Shown piece by piece: positions 34,145 through 43,191 of a DNA stretch of 43,311 nucleotides. A model generated the notes under the pieces. That model did not search any database and was not told the origin of the DNA. It saw only the letters and a list, made by a program, of their open reading frames with translations. Within the stretch, counting starts at the first letter, position 1. Each line of letters starts with the position of its first letter. The position numbers and the translations under genes were made by a program. The stretch comes from a virus (taxonomy: Duplodnaviria > Caudoviricetes): IMG/VR virus record IMGVR_UViG_3300033514_000249, positions 1 to 43,311 of that record; one strand, 5' to 3'.

Positions 34145-35938
34145 TTATTTTAATTCTTTTAATTCTGATTCCATTTCAGATATTCTAATTCCTAGTTCAC
34201 CAACCTTTTTCTTTTCACCTTCTACAACAGCAGCAGGTGCTCTATCAACAAAATTCTTATTAGATAATTTACCTTCAGTACTCTTTAAAGAAGCTTTAGC
34301 TAAATCAATTTCTTTCATTAATTGAGTAATTCTTTGTTGAGTTGGTCCATCAATAGTTTTTTCACTTGTTGTAGGAACACTAACTACAAATTCTTCTAAA
34401 TCAGATAACCTATTTAAAGTTTCTTCCTTACCAATCATTTCCATAATTCCAAATAATGAACCACCATTACCAAGTCCAGTTAATACCAATCTTACAAATG
34501 GTGTAATATCAGAATATTTAAGTTTATTATCTTCAACATATTTTTCAAATGTTGCATGAATCTTATTTTCTTTCCAAGGATTTATATCAGCTAATTTTTC
34601 ACAAAATCCAAGAATAATATCAGGTGTCTTAACACTCCATTTCTTCATTGTCTTTTCATCAAAATCAGTTGGTCTTTCAAATAAATAATTAACAGCATCA
34701 TATAATTCCTTAATGAAATTTACTTTACCTTTATTTTCATCAATAACCTTATAAATAAAATCATCACTTTTCTTAATACCCCTTTTTGCTAAAACTTCTT
34801 TAAAAGATTCCATTAACTTTTCAGTTGGGGTATTCTTTAAATGTTGTCCATTAAACCATGCAGCTTTTACCGGGTTAAATTTACCACCTGCTTTATTTAT
34901 CCTTTTAAGGTCAAAATCTTTAATCAATTCTTCCATAGTGTAAATCTCCTTCTCTGTCCCAGGATTCCATCCAATGAACGCTAAAAGGTTAATAACGGCC
35001 TCTGGTGTGTAACCAGCTTCCCTATATCCCATTGCAGTTTTTGAAGTATCTTTTGGGTCTGTCCAATTTAAAGGAAATACCGGAAAACCATATTTATCAC
35101 CATCTCTTTTACTTAATTTACCACTTGGTCCAAGAATTAATGGAAGGTGAGCAAATTGTGGTGCAGTCCAATCAAAACATTCATATAAATATACATGTAA
35201 TGGTGCTGATGGAAGCCATTCTTCACCTCTGATAACATGTGTAATTTTCATTAAATGGTCATCAACAATATTTGCTAAGTGATAAGTAGGAAGTTCATCT
35301 TTCTTCTTCCAAATAACTTTATCATCTAATGTATTAGTATTAACAGATACTTTTCCTCTGATAATATCATCAACTTCAATTGTAACTGGTTTATCAGGAT
35401 ATTTAATTCTAATAACCCAATCTTTATTTTCATCTAATAATCTATCAACTTCTGCATCATCCAATGTTAATGAATTCTTCATATCATTTCTTGTTTCAAA
35501 AGAATATGAAAAATTAGGAAGGTTTTCTCTTACTGCTTCTAATTCTTCAGAAGTATCAAATGCATAGTATGCTTTACCATTATCAATTAATTCTTGTACA
35601 TATTTTGTGTAAATATCTTTTCTTTCAGATTGTTTATAAGGACCATAAGGACCACCTTTAGATGGACTTTCATCAAATTCAATTCCAATCCAATCAAATG
35701 CTTCTTGAATATATTGTTCTGCACCCGGAACAAATCTTGTTGAATCAGTATCTTCTATTCTTAAAATTAATTTACCATCATGCTTTTTAGCAAATAGGTA
35801 ATTGTAGAGTGCAGTTCTTACACCACCAATATGTAACGCCCCTGTAGGTGAAGGCGCAAAACGCAGACGGGGTGGGGTTTTTAAACTTTCATTAAGTTTA
35901 CTTGATGCAAAATCATTGTAATTTTTAAGAATTTTCAT
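34145..35938 (-). CDS. gltX: Glutamate--tRNA ligase with CTS-like leader and ValRS-type C-terminal coiled coil
   Basis: RFAPSPTG.LHIGG, LRIEDTD, THVIRGEEW, KLSKRDG; tail KLSNKNFVDRAPAAVVEGEKKK. Confidence 0.93.
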   Translation of the reverse strand: MKILKNYNDFASSKLNESLKTPPRLRFAPSPTGALHIGGVRTALYNYLFAKKHDGKLILRIEDTDSTRFVPGAEQYIQEAFDWIGIEFDESPSKGGPYGPYKQSERKDIYTKYVQELIDNGKAYYAFDTSEELEAVRENLPNFSYSFETRNDMKNSLTLDDAEVDRLLDENKDWVIRIKYPDKPVTIEVDDIIRGKVSVNTNTLDDKVIWKKKDELPTYHLANIVDDHLMKITHVIRGEEWLPSAPLHVYLYECFDWTAPQFAHLPLILGPSGKLSKRDGDKYGFPVFPLNWTDPKDTSKTAMGYREAGYTPEAVINLLAFIGWNPGTEKEIYTMEELIKDFDLKRINKAGGKFNPVKAAWFNGQHLKNTPTEKLMESFKEVLAKRGIKKSDDFIYKVIDENKGKVNFIKELYDAVNYLFERPTDFDEKTMKKWSVKTPDIILGFCEKLADINPWKENKIHATFEKYVEDNKLKYSDITPFVRLVLTGLGNGGSLFGIMEMIGKEETLNRLSDLEEFVVSVPTTSEKTIDGPTQQRITQLMKEIDLAKASLKSTEGKLSNKNFVDRAPAAVVEGEKKKVGELGIRISEMESELKELK

Positions 35939-36008
35939 ATAATATTTTTATTTTTTAATAGGTTACAAATATATATAAAAATTTCTAATTAAAAAATTAA
36001 TTATTGAT

Positions 36009-36221
36009 TTAAATTTTAACAGCTCTTGTGGTAGGAATTTTAGTACCATCGACTACATAATAAGTATTGACTTTACCTGAACAATTACATCCGGGTGTTG
36101 CATCTACTCTAATAGTTTTTTGGAAATTAAATGTTTCATTAACTCTAAATAATTTATTTTCACTTGATAAATAATTATAGAGCATTTTAATTTTTCCGGA
36201 TTTGCCAATAATTTCTTCCAT
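36009..36221 (-). CDS. Hypothetical protein (start revised to MEEIIG)
   Basis: ATG 1 nt after the upstream stop; GCNC motif. Confidence 0.55.
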   Translation of the reverse strand: MEEIIGKSGKIKMLYNYLSSENKLFRVNETFNFQKTIRVDATPGCNCSGKVNTYYVVDGTKIPTTRAVKI

Positions 36222-36222
36222 A

Positions 36223-37062
36223 TTATAATTCTTCCATTGGATATTCACTATCAAATGACATTATTAATTTTAGAGTTTCTGTATTTATATCATAGGAATT
36301 AAAACCATTTTTTCCTTCAAATTCTTTCAATCTTTTATTTAATTCATTCCATTCTTCTAATGATACACCACCCCAAGCATTTTCCCAAAAAGTAATTACT
36401 ATTTCATTTTGATATTCTTTTGGATAAATTTGGTTTGAATCATCCCATATATCTCTTACACCTTCACCCACACAAGATACTACATGTATTAATCCTTTTC
36501 TATCAACAAATAGAGTTTTAAGATCATCATCTATATAACAAAACCCATTTGTTTTAATTTTCTCTTGTTCTTCTTTTGTGAACAAATCATCAATATTCAA
36601 TTTATATTGTTTAATTTTACTAATAATATATAGATATGGTTTTCCTTCTAAAGATTTTAAAACTTCTTCTTTAGATTTTCCAGTCATTTTATCCCTAACA
36701 GATTCATTTGTTTGTAATAATTTTTGAATTAGTTTGGTTGATTCATAATGTGGATAATATTTAATACAAAGTAATACTTCATTATTATTGATATTAGCAC
36801 CATTTTCAATTAAATATTTTGTCATTTCTGTTTGATTGAATCTAATAGCTGTTCTTAATGCTTCTTCATTATGATTATGAATATCAATACGCGTATCTAA
36901 TAATATTTTAACTATATCAATCTGACCTTTACTAATAGCAACCAAAAAAATTTTTTTTAGTTCATGATATTGCATACCACTTATAGAATTTTTAATATCT
37001 TCTTCTGATTTAGGTGTCATTAAATCCCTAACAGATTCATTAAAAGATTTTAGGTATTTCAT
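36223..37062 (-). CDS. Ankyrin-repeat protein with two NESVRD(L/K)M modules
   Basis: MKYLKSFNESVRDLMTPKS, AISKGQIDIVKILL, ALRTAIRFNQTEMTKYLIENGA, internal TNESVRDKMTGKS. Confidence 0.8.
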   Translation of the reverse strand: MKYLKSFNESVRDLMTPKSEEDIKNSISGMQYHELKKIFLVAISKGQIDIVKILLDTRIDIHNHNEEALRTAIRFNQTEMTKYLIENGANINNNEVLLCIKYYPHYESTKLIQKLLQTNESVRDKMTGKSKEEVLKSLEGKPYLYIISKIKQYKLNIDDLFTKEEQEKIKTNGFCYIDDDLKTLFVDRKGLIHVVSCVGEGVRDIWDDSNQIYPKEYQNEIVITFWENAWGGVSLEEWNELNKRLKEFEGKNGFNSYDINTETLKLIMSFDSEYPMEEL

Positions 37063-37177
37063 TTATTTATTAGTATTTTTAACTATATATTAAAAATTAA
37101 AAAAATCTTTTTTAATAAATATGACTATAAATGATAATTAAAAATTAATATATAATTAAAAATAAAATAAACTTATA

Positions 37178-37378
37178 ATGTCAAAAAATAGAGAAATAAT
37201 AGATAATTTAACTAAAAAAAATCCACATTTATTTAAAGATATTATTATAGATGGTGGATATAATGATTATTTTCCAACATTTGAAGAATTTTTTGGAAAA
37301 GATATAAAACCAAATGATACTATTAAAAATTCAGATGAATTAGTTTATGCCAATGAATCCAATAAAAATTCCAAATAA
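37178..37378 (+). CDS. Small hypothetical protein
   Basis: Downstream of TTAATATATA at 37145-37154. Confidence 0.5.
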   Translation: MSKNREIIDNLTKKNPHLFKDIIIDGGYNDYFPTFEEFFGKDIKPNDTIKNSDELVYANESNKNSK

Positions 37379-37940
37379 TTTCATAAATAATTCTTATCAA
37401 GAATTGTATGATTATTGTGTGGAATTTATTAAACAAGATAAAGAATTAATATTTAAAATAAAACCATCAAATATATTATCAATATTAGATCAAATTGATA
37501 GTAATTATAAAAAATCAGATGATAGTAAAAAGAATTTTTTATATTTTTTATATAAATATGTTAAAAATAATGACATTAGTAATCCATTAAATTATAGTGA
37601 TGGTGGTAAACCAAAATTAGGATTTGAATTTTTAAATAAATAATCAAATTTTGGATATGGGATTTTTCATTGTCATCTATCTGAAATTAATCAAAGCATT
37701 CTCATATGGTATCCAATAATATTGAATAAAGGTTGGTACATACAATTAAATTATTTACCATATCATCCAACTAATTTTGAATATGAAAATATTGTGAAAA
37801 ATATTTATTATAAAAATGATAGTGGATTTCATTATAATGAAAGTGATATATTTTTTAATTTGAAAAATTTGTTACCAAATGATTTATATGAAAATAAAAT
37901 CTTAAATTTTAATGAATTTATTAAAAAATTAATTATTTAA
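37347..37940 (+). pseudogene. ORF interrupted by one in-frame TAA (37641-37643); possible RelE/YafQ-like nuclease
   Basis: The frame continues past the stop as SNFGYGIFHCHLSEINQSILIWYP into the 37722 ORF. Confidence 0.55.
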
Positions 37941-38274
37941 TTGGTTTAACTTGATTGAGCTTGTTCAACCCATAGAAATAATCAACAACACGACATTTAA
38001 CCACACCAAGTTTTTGGGAATTTATACTTGACCCACTTGTTCTTTCTAATAAAGCAGTTAACCATAATATATCACCTCTTTTAATATCTTTAACAACAAC
38101 AGATGTATCTAATGTGAAAGCTTCTTCAATTTTAGTTAATTCTTTTTCATCAGTAATTAATCCGGTTACTTGAAGAATAGTAATAGGTTCTTTAATTTCT
38201 TCATAAGTACCATCATCTAATTTAGATAAGGCAACAATATCATTGGATAGGTCTTTAAATTTTTTAATTTTCAT
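37933..38274 (-). CDS. Hypothetical protein
   Basis: MKIKKFKDL leader; operonic. Confidence 0.65.
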   Translation of the reverse strand: MKIKKFKDLSNDIVALSKLDDGTYEEIKEPITILQVTGLITDEKELTKIEEAFTLDTSVVVKDIKRGDILWLTALLERTSGSSINSQKLGVVKCRVVDYFYGLNKLNQVKPIK

Positions 38275-38275
38275 A

Positions 38276-38470
38276 TTATACTTCTATATTTTTAGATACT
38301 TCTTGTAATGCATGTTTCACTTCATCTGGATCAAGATGGGTTAATGCACTTTTAATAATAAAATCTAATTGTCCAGAAAAATGTTTATATCTTTCTTTTG
38401 ATGTAAATATTGTTTCATTATCATTCATATTATCAATATCAAAAAATTCATTTACTCTTTTAATTTTCAT
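38276..38470 (-). CDS. Hypothetical protein with CTS-like leader
   Basis: MKIKRVNEF. Confidence 0.6.
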   Translation of the reverse strand: MKIKRVNEFFDIDNMNDNETIFTSKERYKHFSGQLDFIIKSALTHLDPDEVKHALQEVSKNIEV

Positions 38471-38488
38471 TTTATTAGTTATTATTTT

Positions 38489-38938
38489 TTAAACATTCAT
38501 TCTTAAATATTTTTCTTTAAATATTCCATCATAATCTTCTTCTGTTAAATCATTAAAATTACCCATTCTAATAGTTTTATTATTCCAAGTAATTGTAAAA
38601 TGATAATGACTTATAATTTCCCATATAACATTATATTTTGATTCTAAATCTAAAGTTAAGAATAAATCTAATAATTCTTTTTTATCATATTCATTATAAT
38701 TCATATCAATAATATATCTTAATTTTTTTTCAGGTGATAAACTATCTATTATTTGTTTAATGTCTTCTGACATTATTTTATTTTCTTCATCTGTAAATAC
38801 ATCTTTTAAGTTATATCTTTTTATTTTAATAAATTTTTTATCTGGTGATAAAATAGCTAAAGATTTTTTTATTTCTTCTTTTGATTTAGGAATCATTTTA
38901 TCCCTTATAGATTCATTAAAAGATTTTAGATATTTCAT
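38489..38938 (-). CDS. Hypothetical protein with CTS-like leader and SIRDKM module
   Basis: MKYLKSFNESIRDKMIPKSKEEI; LSP(D/E)KK repeats. Confidence 0.7.
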   Translation of the reverse strand: MKYLKSFNESIRDKMIPKSKEEIKKSLAILSPDKKFIKIKRYNLKDVFTDEENKIMSEDIKQIIDSLSPEKKLRYIIDMNYNEYDKKELLDLFLTLDLESKYNVIWEIISHYHFTITWNNKTIRMGNFNDLTEEDYDGIFKEKYLRMNV

Positions 38939-39327
38939 TAGTTAAATGGTGTATTTTTCTTAATAATAACAAAATTTTGTTGTTCAATAGATTTTTTATA
39001 ATACTTTTCTAATTTCCCAATTACTTCATTCTTTTCAATTTCATCCATATGATAAACTACATCCCCATTTATTGAAATTTTTAATTCTGTTCCGTTATAA
39101 CTGAATAAGATAATATCTTTATTAGACATATGTAATCTTAATTCAATATTTTCACCAACTACACCAACTATTTTAATTGGTCTTAAATATCTTTCTTTTA
39201 CTTTTTGATACATAAAAGATAATCTATCAACTAATTCAGATACAAAGACATCATCTTTACCTTCAATAGCATATTGAATATTAAAATCTTCACTTTCAAA
39301 TAAAAACTTTTTAAAATTATTAACCAT
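38938..39327 (-). CDS. Hypothetical protein with CTS-like leader
   Basis: MVNNFKKFLFES. Confidence 0.7.
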   Translation of the reverse strand: MVNNFKKFLFESEDFNIQYAIEGKDDVFVSELVDRLSFMYQKVKERYLRPIKIVGVVGENIELRLHMSNKDIILFSYNGTELKISINGDVVYHMDEIEKNEVIGKLEKYYKKSIEQQNFVIIKKNTPFN

Positions 39328-39793
39328 TTAATTTACTTCTTTTTTCTTCATATTTCTTAATTAATGAATTGTAATTATTTTTAACTCTTTCAAATATTCT
39401 AATATCAGAGAAACTTTTCTTTTCATATTTTTTAAAATAATCTTTTACTACTCTTCTTCCTTTATATAAATGATTTTTACTAGTCATATTTTCTAATTTT
39501 TTATAAGATTCTTCATAATCATTATCAATTTCAAATACATAAGATTCTGCTACTATATTATTATCAATAATAACACCAGGTCTTTTAGTAGATGCAATTG
39601 CTTCTCTAACTGTTAATCCATTTTCCCAAGCTGATTGTAATTCTTCTTCATGGTCTTGTATAAATGCTTCACCATATCCTGTTGGATGATTGAAATCATG
39701 TTTAATTGCACCAATAACATCTTTTAGGAATTGTTCAAGTGAATCCTTTGGTTCAGTTTTTTCTTCATTGATGAAGTCTTTAAATCTTTTCAT
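39320..39793 (-). CDS. Hypothetical protein with CTS-like leader
   Basis: MKRFKDFINEE. Confidence 0.7.
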   Translation of the reverse strand: MKRFKDFINEEKTEPKDSLEQFLKDVIGAIKHDFNHPTGYGEAFIQDHEEELQSAWENGLTVREAIASTKRPGVIIDNNIVAESYVFEIDNDYEESYKKLENMTSKNHLYKGRRVVKDYFKKYEKKSFSDIRIFERVKNNYNSLIKKYEEKRSKLNG

Positions 39794-39820
39794 TTATATA
39801 ATATATTTTTTATTATATAT

Positions 39821-39855
39821 AAAAAAAGGATATTAATTTTTTATTAATATCCTTT
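39821..39855 (-). terminator. Intrinsic terminator
   Basis: aaaggatattaat...attaatatccttt hairpin followed by a U-tract on the minus strand. Confidence 0.6.
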
Positions 39856-39874
39856 ATTATTTAAAAATAATATA

Positions 39875-40915
39875 CTATTCATTTTTTCTCATTTCTTCTT
39901 CTCTTTCTTCTTCATCAATAACATCTTTCACATAATTTTTTATCTTAATATACTTATTATATTTTTCTATGGTACTTCTTTCAGACTTAACTAATTCATC
40001 AAGTTCTTCTTTTAGTTTATAAACTTTTTCAACTTCATAATCCATACTATCATATTTTTCTAAGTCTTTAATCCATTTTTCAATTGTATCTTCATAACTA
40101 AATAATTCTTCTTCCATCATTGGAATATTTTGATTTATGGTTTTTAATTCTTCATAACTATTTTTAATAGTAGATAAGTTATCTAATAGTGTAGATACAG
40201 ATGCATAGATATCTTTGTTACCAATATTTTTTTCTATTGTATCTGATATACTTTTCAATTCATCTTTATCTATTTCATTAGTAGATTTTATTTGATATTC
40301 AGATAATTCTTTTTCTAATGTATCAATAAGTTTTAAGTATTTTTCTGCTTCTTCTAAATACTTATTTTTTTCTAATGCAATATCATGATGATAATTAAAT
40401 TTATTTGCTTTCCTTATTAAGTATTTCAACTTATCTGAGTGTTTTTCTAATTTATCAATTAAATAAGATTCATTAGTTGGTGTTTTTGTAATACTTAATT
40501 TACCCATATATTTTTCAAATTCAAGTTTTACATTTCTTAAATATTCTAAATCATCCGGATTATTTAATTCTGAATCAAGTTGTTTAATAAGGTCATCAAT
40601 CTCTTTTAAAAAACCAATTGATTTTTTTCTTAAATTTTTTAATTCAATATGTCTTTTACCAAAATATAAAAGTACACCACCAATAAATAATGTTACATAT
40701 ATAATTTCTAATGTTTTGATTATATTATCAATAAGTATTGCTCTATCAATATTATGTTGTATATAATCAATCTTAACTTTATTTGATGATGCCATTACAT
40801 TTTGGGGTACAATACCCAAGTTAACCAACAATATAAATGCGGCTAACCAATTTTTTAAACTTTCATTCATTGATTCTGTGTTATTAAATTCCTTATATTC
40901 AATTAAATATTTCAT
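39875..40915 (-). CDS. Membrane-anchored coiled-coil protein with CTS-like leader
   Basis: MKYLIEYKEF..NES; hydrophobic segments WLAAFILLVNLGIV and IIYVTLFIGGVLLYFG; long coiled coil. Confidence 0.7.
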   Translation of the reverse strand: MKYLIEYKEFNNTESMNESLKNWLAAFILLVNLGIVPQNVMASSNKVKIDYIQHNIDRAILIDNIIKTLEIIYVTLFIGGVLLYFGKRHIELKNLRKKSIGFLKEIDDLIKQLDSELNNPDDLEYLRNVKLEFEKYMGKLSITKTPTNESYLIDKLEKHSDKLKYLIRKANKFNYHHDIALEKNKYLEEAEKYLKLIDTLEKELSEYQIKSTNEIDKDELKSISDTIEKNIGNKDIYASVSTLLDNLSTIKNSYEELKTINQNIPMMEEELFSYEDTIEKWIKDLEKYDSMDYEVEKVYKLKEELDELVKSERSTIEKYNKYIKIKNYVKDVIDEEEREEEMRKNE

Positions 40916-41334
40916 ATTTTTTTAATTGATAATATTTTAATTTCTGCTCTTTGTCTATCATCCATACTATGAACTGACCTATACGAATAATATTTAATAC
41001 TTTCAATACATTCTTTTACATAGTTAAAAACATTATCTTCAGTATCATAATCACCATCATGGTATTCATTATACTTTACTTCAAATGTTTCATTTTCATA
41101 TTTACAATTTGTTTGTGTTAATTTTACATCACTATTTACAAGTGGATTATTAAGACTATATTTATCTAATCTTACATAATCCCCCCATCCCATATTGGTT
41201 TTTTGTAATGCAGATAACAAAATTCCTTTTGAATCAATGTCTATTGAACCAACTTCAAATAACACATTTATTTTAAATGTATCATATTTTTCATTTTTAT
41301 CTTCATTCACAAATTCATTAAATTTAGTTTTCAT
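40912..41334 (-). CDS. Hypothetical protein with CTS-like leader
   Basis: MKTKFNEFVNE. Confidence 0.7.
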   Translation of the reverse strand: MKTKFNEFVNEDKNEKYDTFKINVLFEVGSIDIDSKGILLSALQKTNMGWGDYVRLDKYSLNNPLVNSDVKLTQTNCKYENETFEVKYNEYHDGDYDTEDNVFNYVKECIESIKYYSYRSVHSMDDRQRAEIKILSIKKI

Positions 41335-41343
41335 ATTATTACA

Positions 41344-42438
41344 TTATTTTATTTCATCTATATATTTATATAATGATTTTAAATATTCTCTTCTTTTATA
41401 TTCTGGATTTATCATTAAATAAACAATATAACAGAAATATAACATCTTATTAATTATCATATTTTGGTCTACAACACCACCAACATATCTAAATTCAACA
41501 TATCCTTCTTTTTTAATTTTAGAAATATTGAATCCAAAATGTTTAAATCCATATTTCTTCATAGTTTGAAGAATAATTTTCTCCATATACTTTTCAGTAT
41601 TTTCTATATTGGATAAATCAATTTTAGACTTATCAAGTTCCAACTGATTAAAAATACTATCAGTAAAATTAGTGTTCATTCTCCAAATCATATCTTTAAA
41701 TACAAATGGAATACCATCTTTCTTAACATCTTTTAATAGAACCATTCCTTTTACAATATTCCAATTTGATCCTTTATCAAATCCAATATTAATATGTAAT
41801 CCTGTTTTCTTTGTAAACTTCCAATACTTTTGTTTATTAAAATCTTCAAAGAAATCATTTAAAAAATGTACTGCATTATTTAATCCTTGAATATAAGTTT
41901 TTTGTTTGATTTCAATTCCTCTATCTAAGGTTAAATCAAGAACAAAATCTAAAGTATTATTATGTTTTTTATAAAATACTGGTAGATGTTGTATTACTTT
42001 CTTTTTTAAATAAACTAAATAATGATTTTCATAATAATCGGTTGACCTTTCATCTTCAACTCTTTCATAAATATCTTGAAAGATTGTATTTGCATAATAT
42101 ACAATAATAGATTCTAATTTATCAGTATATTGTTCCCATTCTAATGTAGTATCTATTGTTTCTTCATCATCATTAAAATCAACAAGATTAGTAAGTTCTT
42201 CAATAAAAAATACTTTTTCTGAATAATCTATTTTTTGGTCTTTTAAAATCATAGATAGTTTATCCCTTAATTCATCAATTAAATCTTGTTCATGAATGAT
42301 AGCATCAACTTTAGGATCTGTTGTTTCTAATTCTAATTCAAATGCAATTGTAAACTTATCAGATATGTCTGATGAAGTAATTAAATTTAAGTCCTTGCGG
42401 TTAAATTCTAAAAGGAAATTAGAAAAATTAGTTATCAT
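41344..42438 (-). CDS. Putative amidoligase (COOH-NH2 ligase) with CTS-like leader
   Basis: TIAFELELE, D.TL..GIE, KTGLHINIG, GYVEFRYVG; MITNFSNFLLE. Confidence 0.75.
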   Translation of the reverse strand: MITNFSNFLLEFNRKDLNLITSSDISDKFTIAFELELETTDPKVDAIIHEQDLIDELRDKLSMILKDQKIDYSEKVFFIEELTNLVDFNDDEETIDTTLEWEQYTDKLESIIVYYANTIFQDIYERVEDERSTDYYENHYLVYLKKKVIQHLPVFYKKHNNTLDFVLDLTLDRGIEIKQKTYIQGLNNAVHFLNDFFEDFNKQKYWKFTKKTGLHINIGFDKGSNWNIVKGMVLLKDVKKDGIPFVFKDMIWRMNTNFTDSIFNQLELDKSKIDLSNIENTEKYMEKIILQTMKKYGFKHFGFNISKIKKEGYVEFRYVGGVVDQNMIINKMLYFCYIVYLMINPEYKRREYLKSLYKYIDEIK

Positions 42439-42455
42439 TCTTCTATATATTAAAA

Positions 42456-42803
42456 TTAATATTTAACTACTAAACAAGACTTATTATACTTCTTTGCTAA
42501 ACTTATACTATGTGCAGTGCCTTTAGAAACTTCATCCCATATAGCCACTACTGCATCAGAATTTTTAATAATATCTTCATTCCTTAAAAATCCTGCTTTC
42601 TTACCATATTTATCCCAATCAGGAATGAAGATAAGTGTTTCAATACCATTTTCTTTTGCCCATTTTTCACCTAAAGAATCAGCTCCTTTGGCACCACCAG
42701 ATACAATACAAGTGATTGGTTTTCTTAAATGTATAGCATTTAATTTAGATTTTAATAAATCATAATCATTAAATCCCCTTGAACCTACTACTGCTAATTT
42801 CAT
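42456..42803 (-). CDS. SLOG-superfamily protein (YspA/DUF2493-like)
   Basis: MKLAVVGSRGF, IVSGGAKGAD, WDKYGKKAGFLRN, WD..SKGT. Confidence 0.85.
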   Translation of the reverse strand: MKLAVVGSRGFNDYDLLKSKLNAIHLRKPITCIVSGGAKGADSLGEKWAKENGIETLIFIPDWDKYGKKAGFLRNEDIIKNSDAVVAIWDEVSKGTAHSISLAKKYNKSCLVVKY

Positions 42804-42804
42804 T

Positions 42805-43191
42805 TTAATATCCAATTAAATTTAAATACTTTTCAATAACAATGTCATGATTAAATGCAAATTTATAATTATCTAAATCAAGAATATTACACCAAACAAC
42901 ATCTTCAACTTCATCTGGTTCACAATTTTCATTTGTTAATTCAGGTAGTTTATCACAAGATATAACACAACCATATCTTAGTGCAATATTCTGTCTGTTT
43001 TCACTTGGATGTGTATTAACAAACCAAGGATGAACTAAATTATTAACAATAATTGATTGTTCAGGTAGATAAACACCAGTTTCTTCCCACACTTCTCTAT
43101 AAGAAGCATCAGTTCCATCTTCATCTCTATCGAGATATCCACTGGGTATATTATATAGACCTTTTGCATCAGGTGCACCCTTCCCTCTTTG
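42805..43191 (-). CDS. Nudix hydrolase, 5'-truncated
   Basis: The frame is open upstream of the annotated start: PSGYLDRDEDGTDASYREVWEETG, a complete Nudix box. Confidence 0.85.
   Translation of the reverse strand, partial: QRGKGAPDAKGLYNIPSGYLDRDEDGTDASYREVWEETGVYLPEQSIIVNNLVHPWFVNTHPSENRQNIALRYGCVISCDKLPELTNENCEPDEVEDVVWCNILDLDNYKFAFNHDIVIEKYLNLIGY

Noticed and set aside
1041-42765. Short antisense or alternate-frame ORFs (1041, 2813, 3125, 7982, 9089, 11739, 12760, 14252, 17257, 24505, 25887, 26970, 31692, 35005, 38760, 41195, 41672, 42517)
   Set aside because: They are shadows of well-supported genes, with low-complexity translations.
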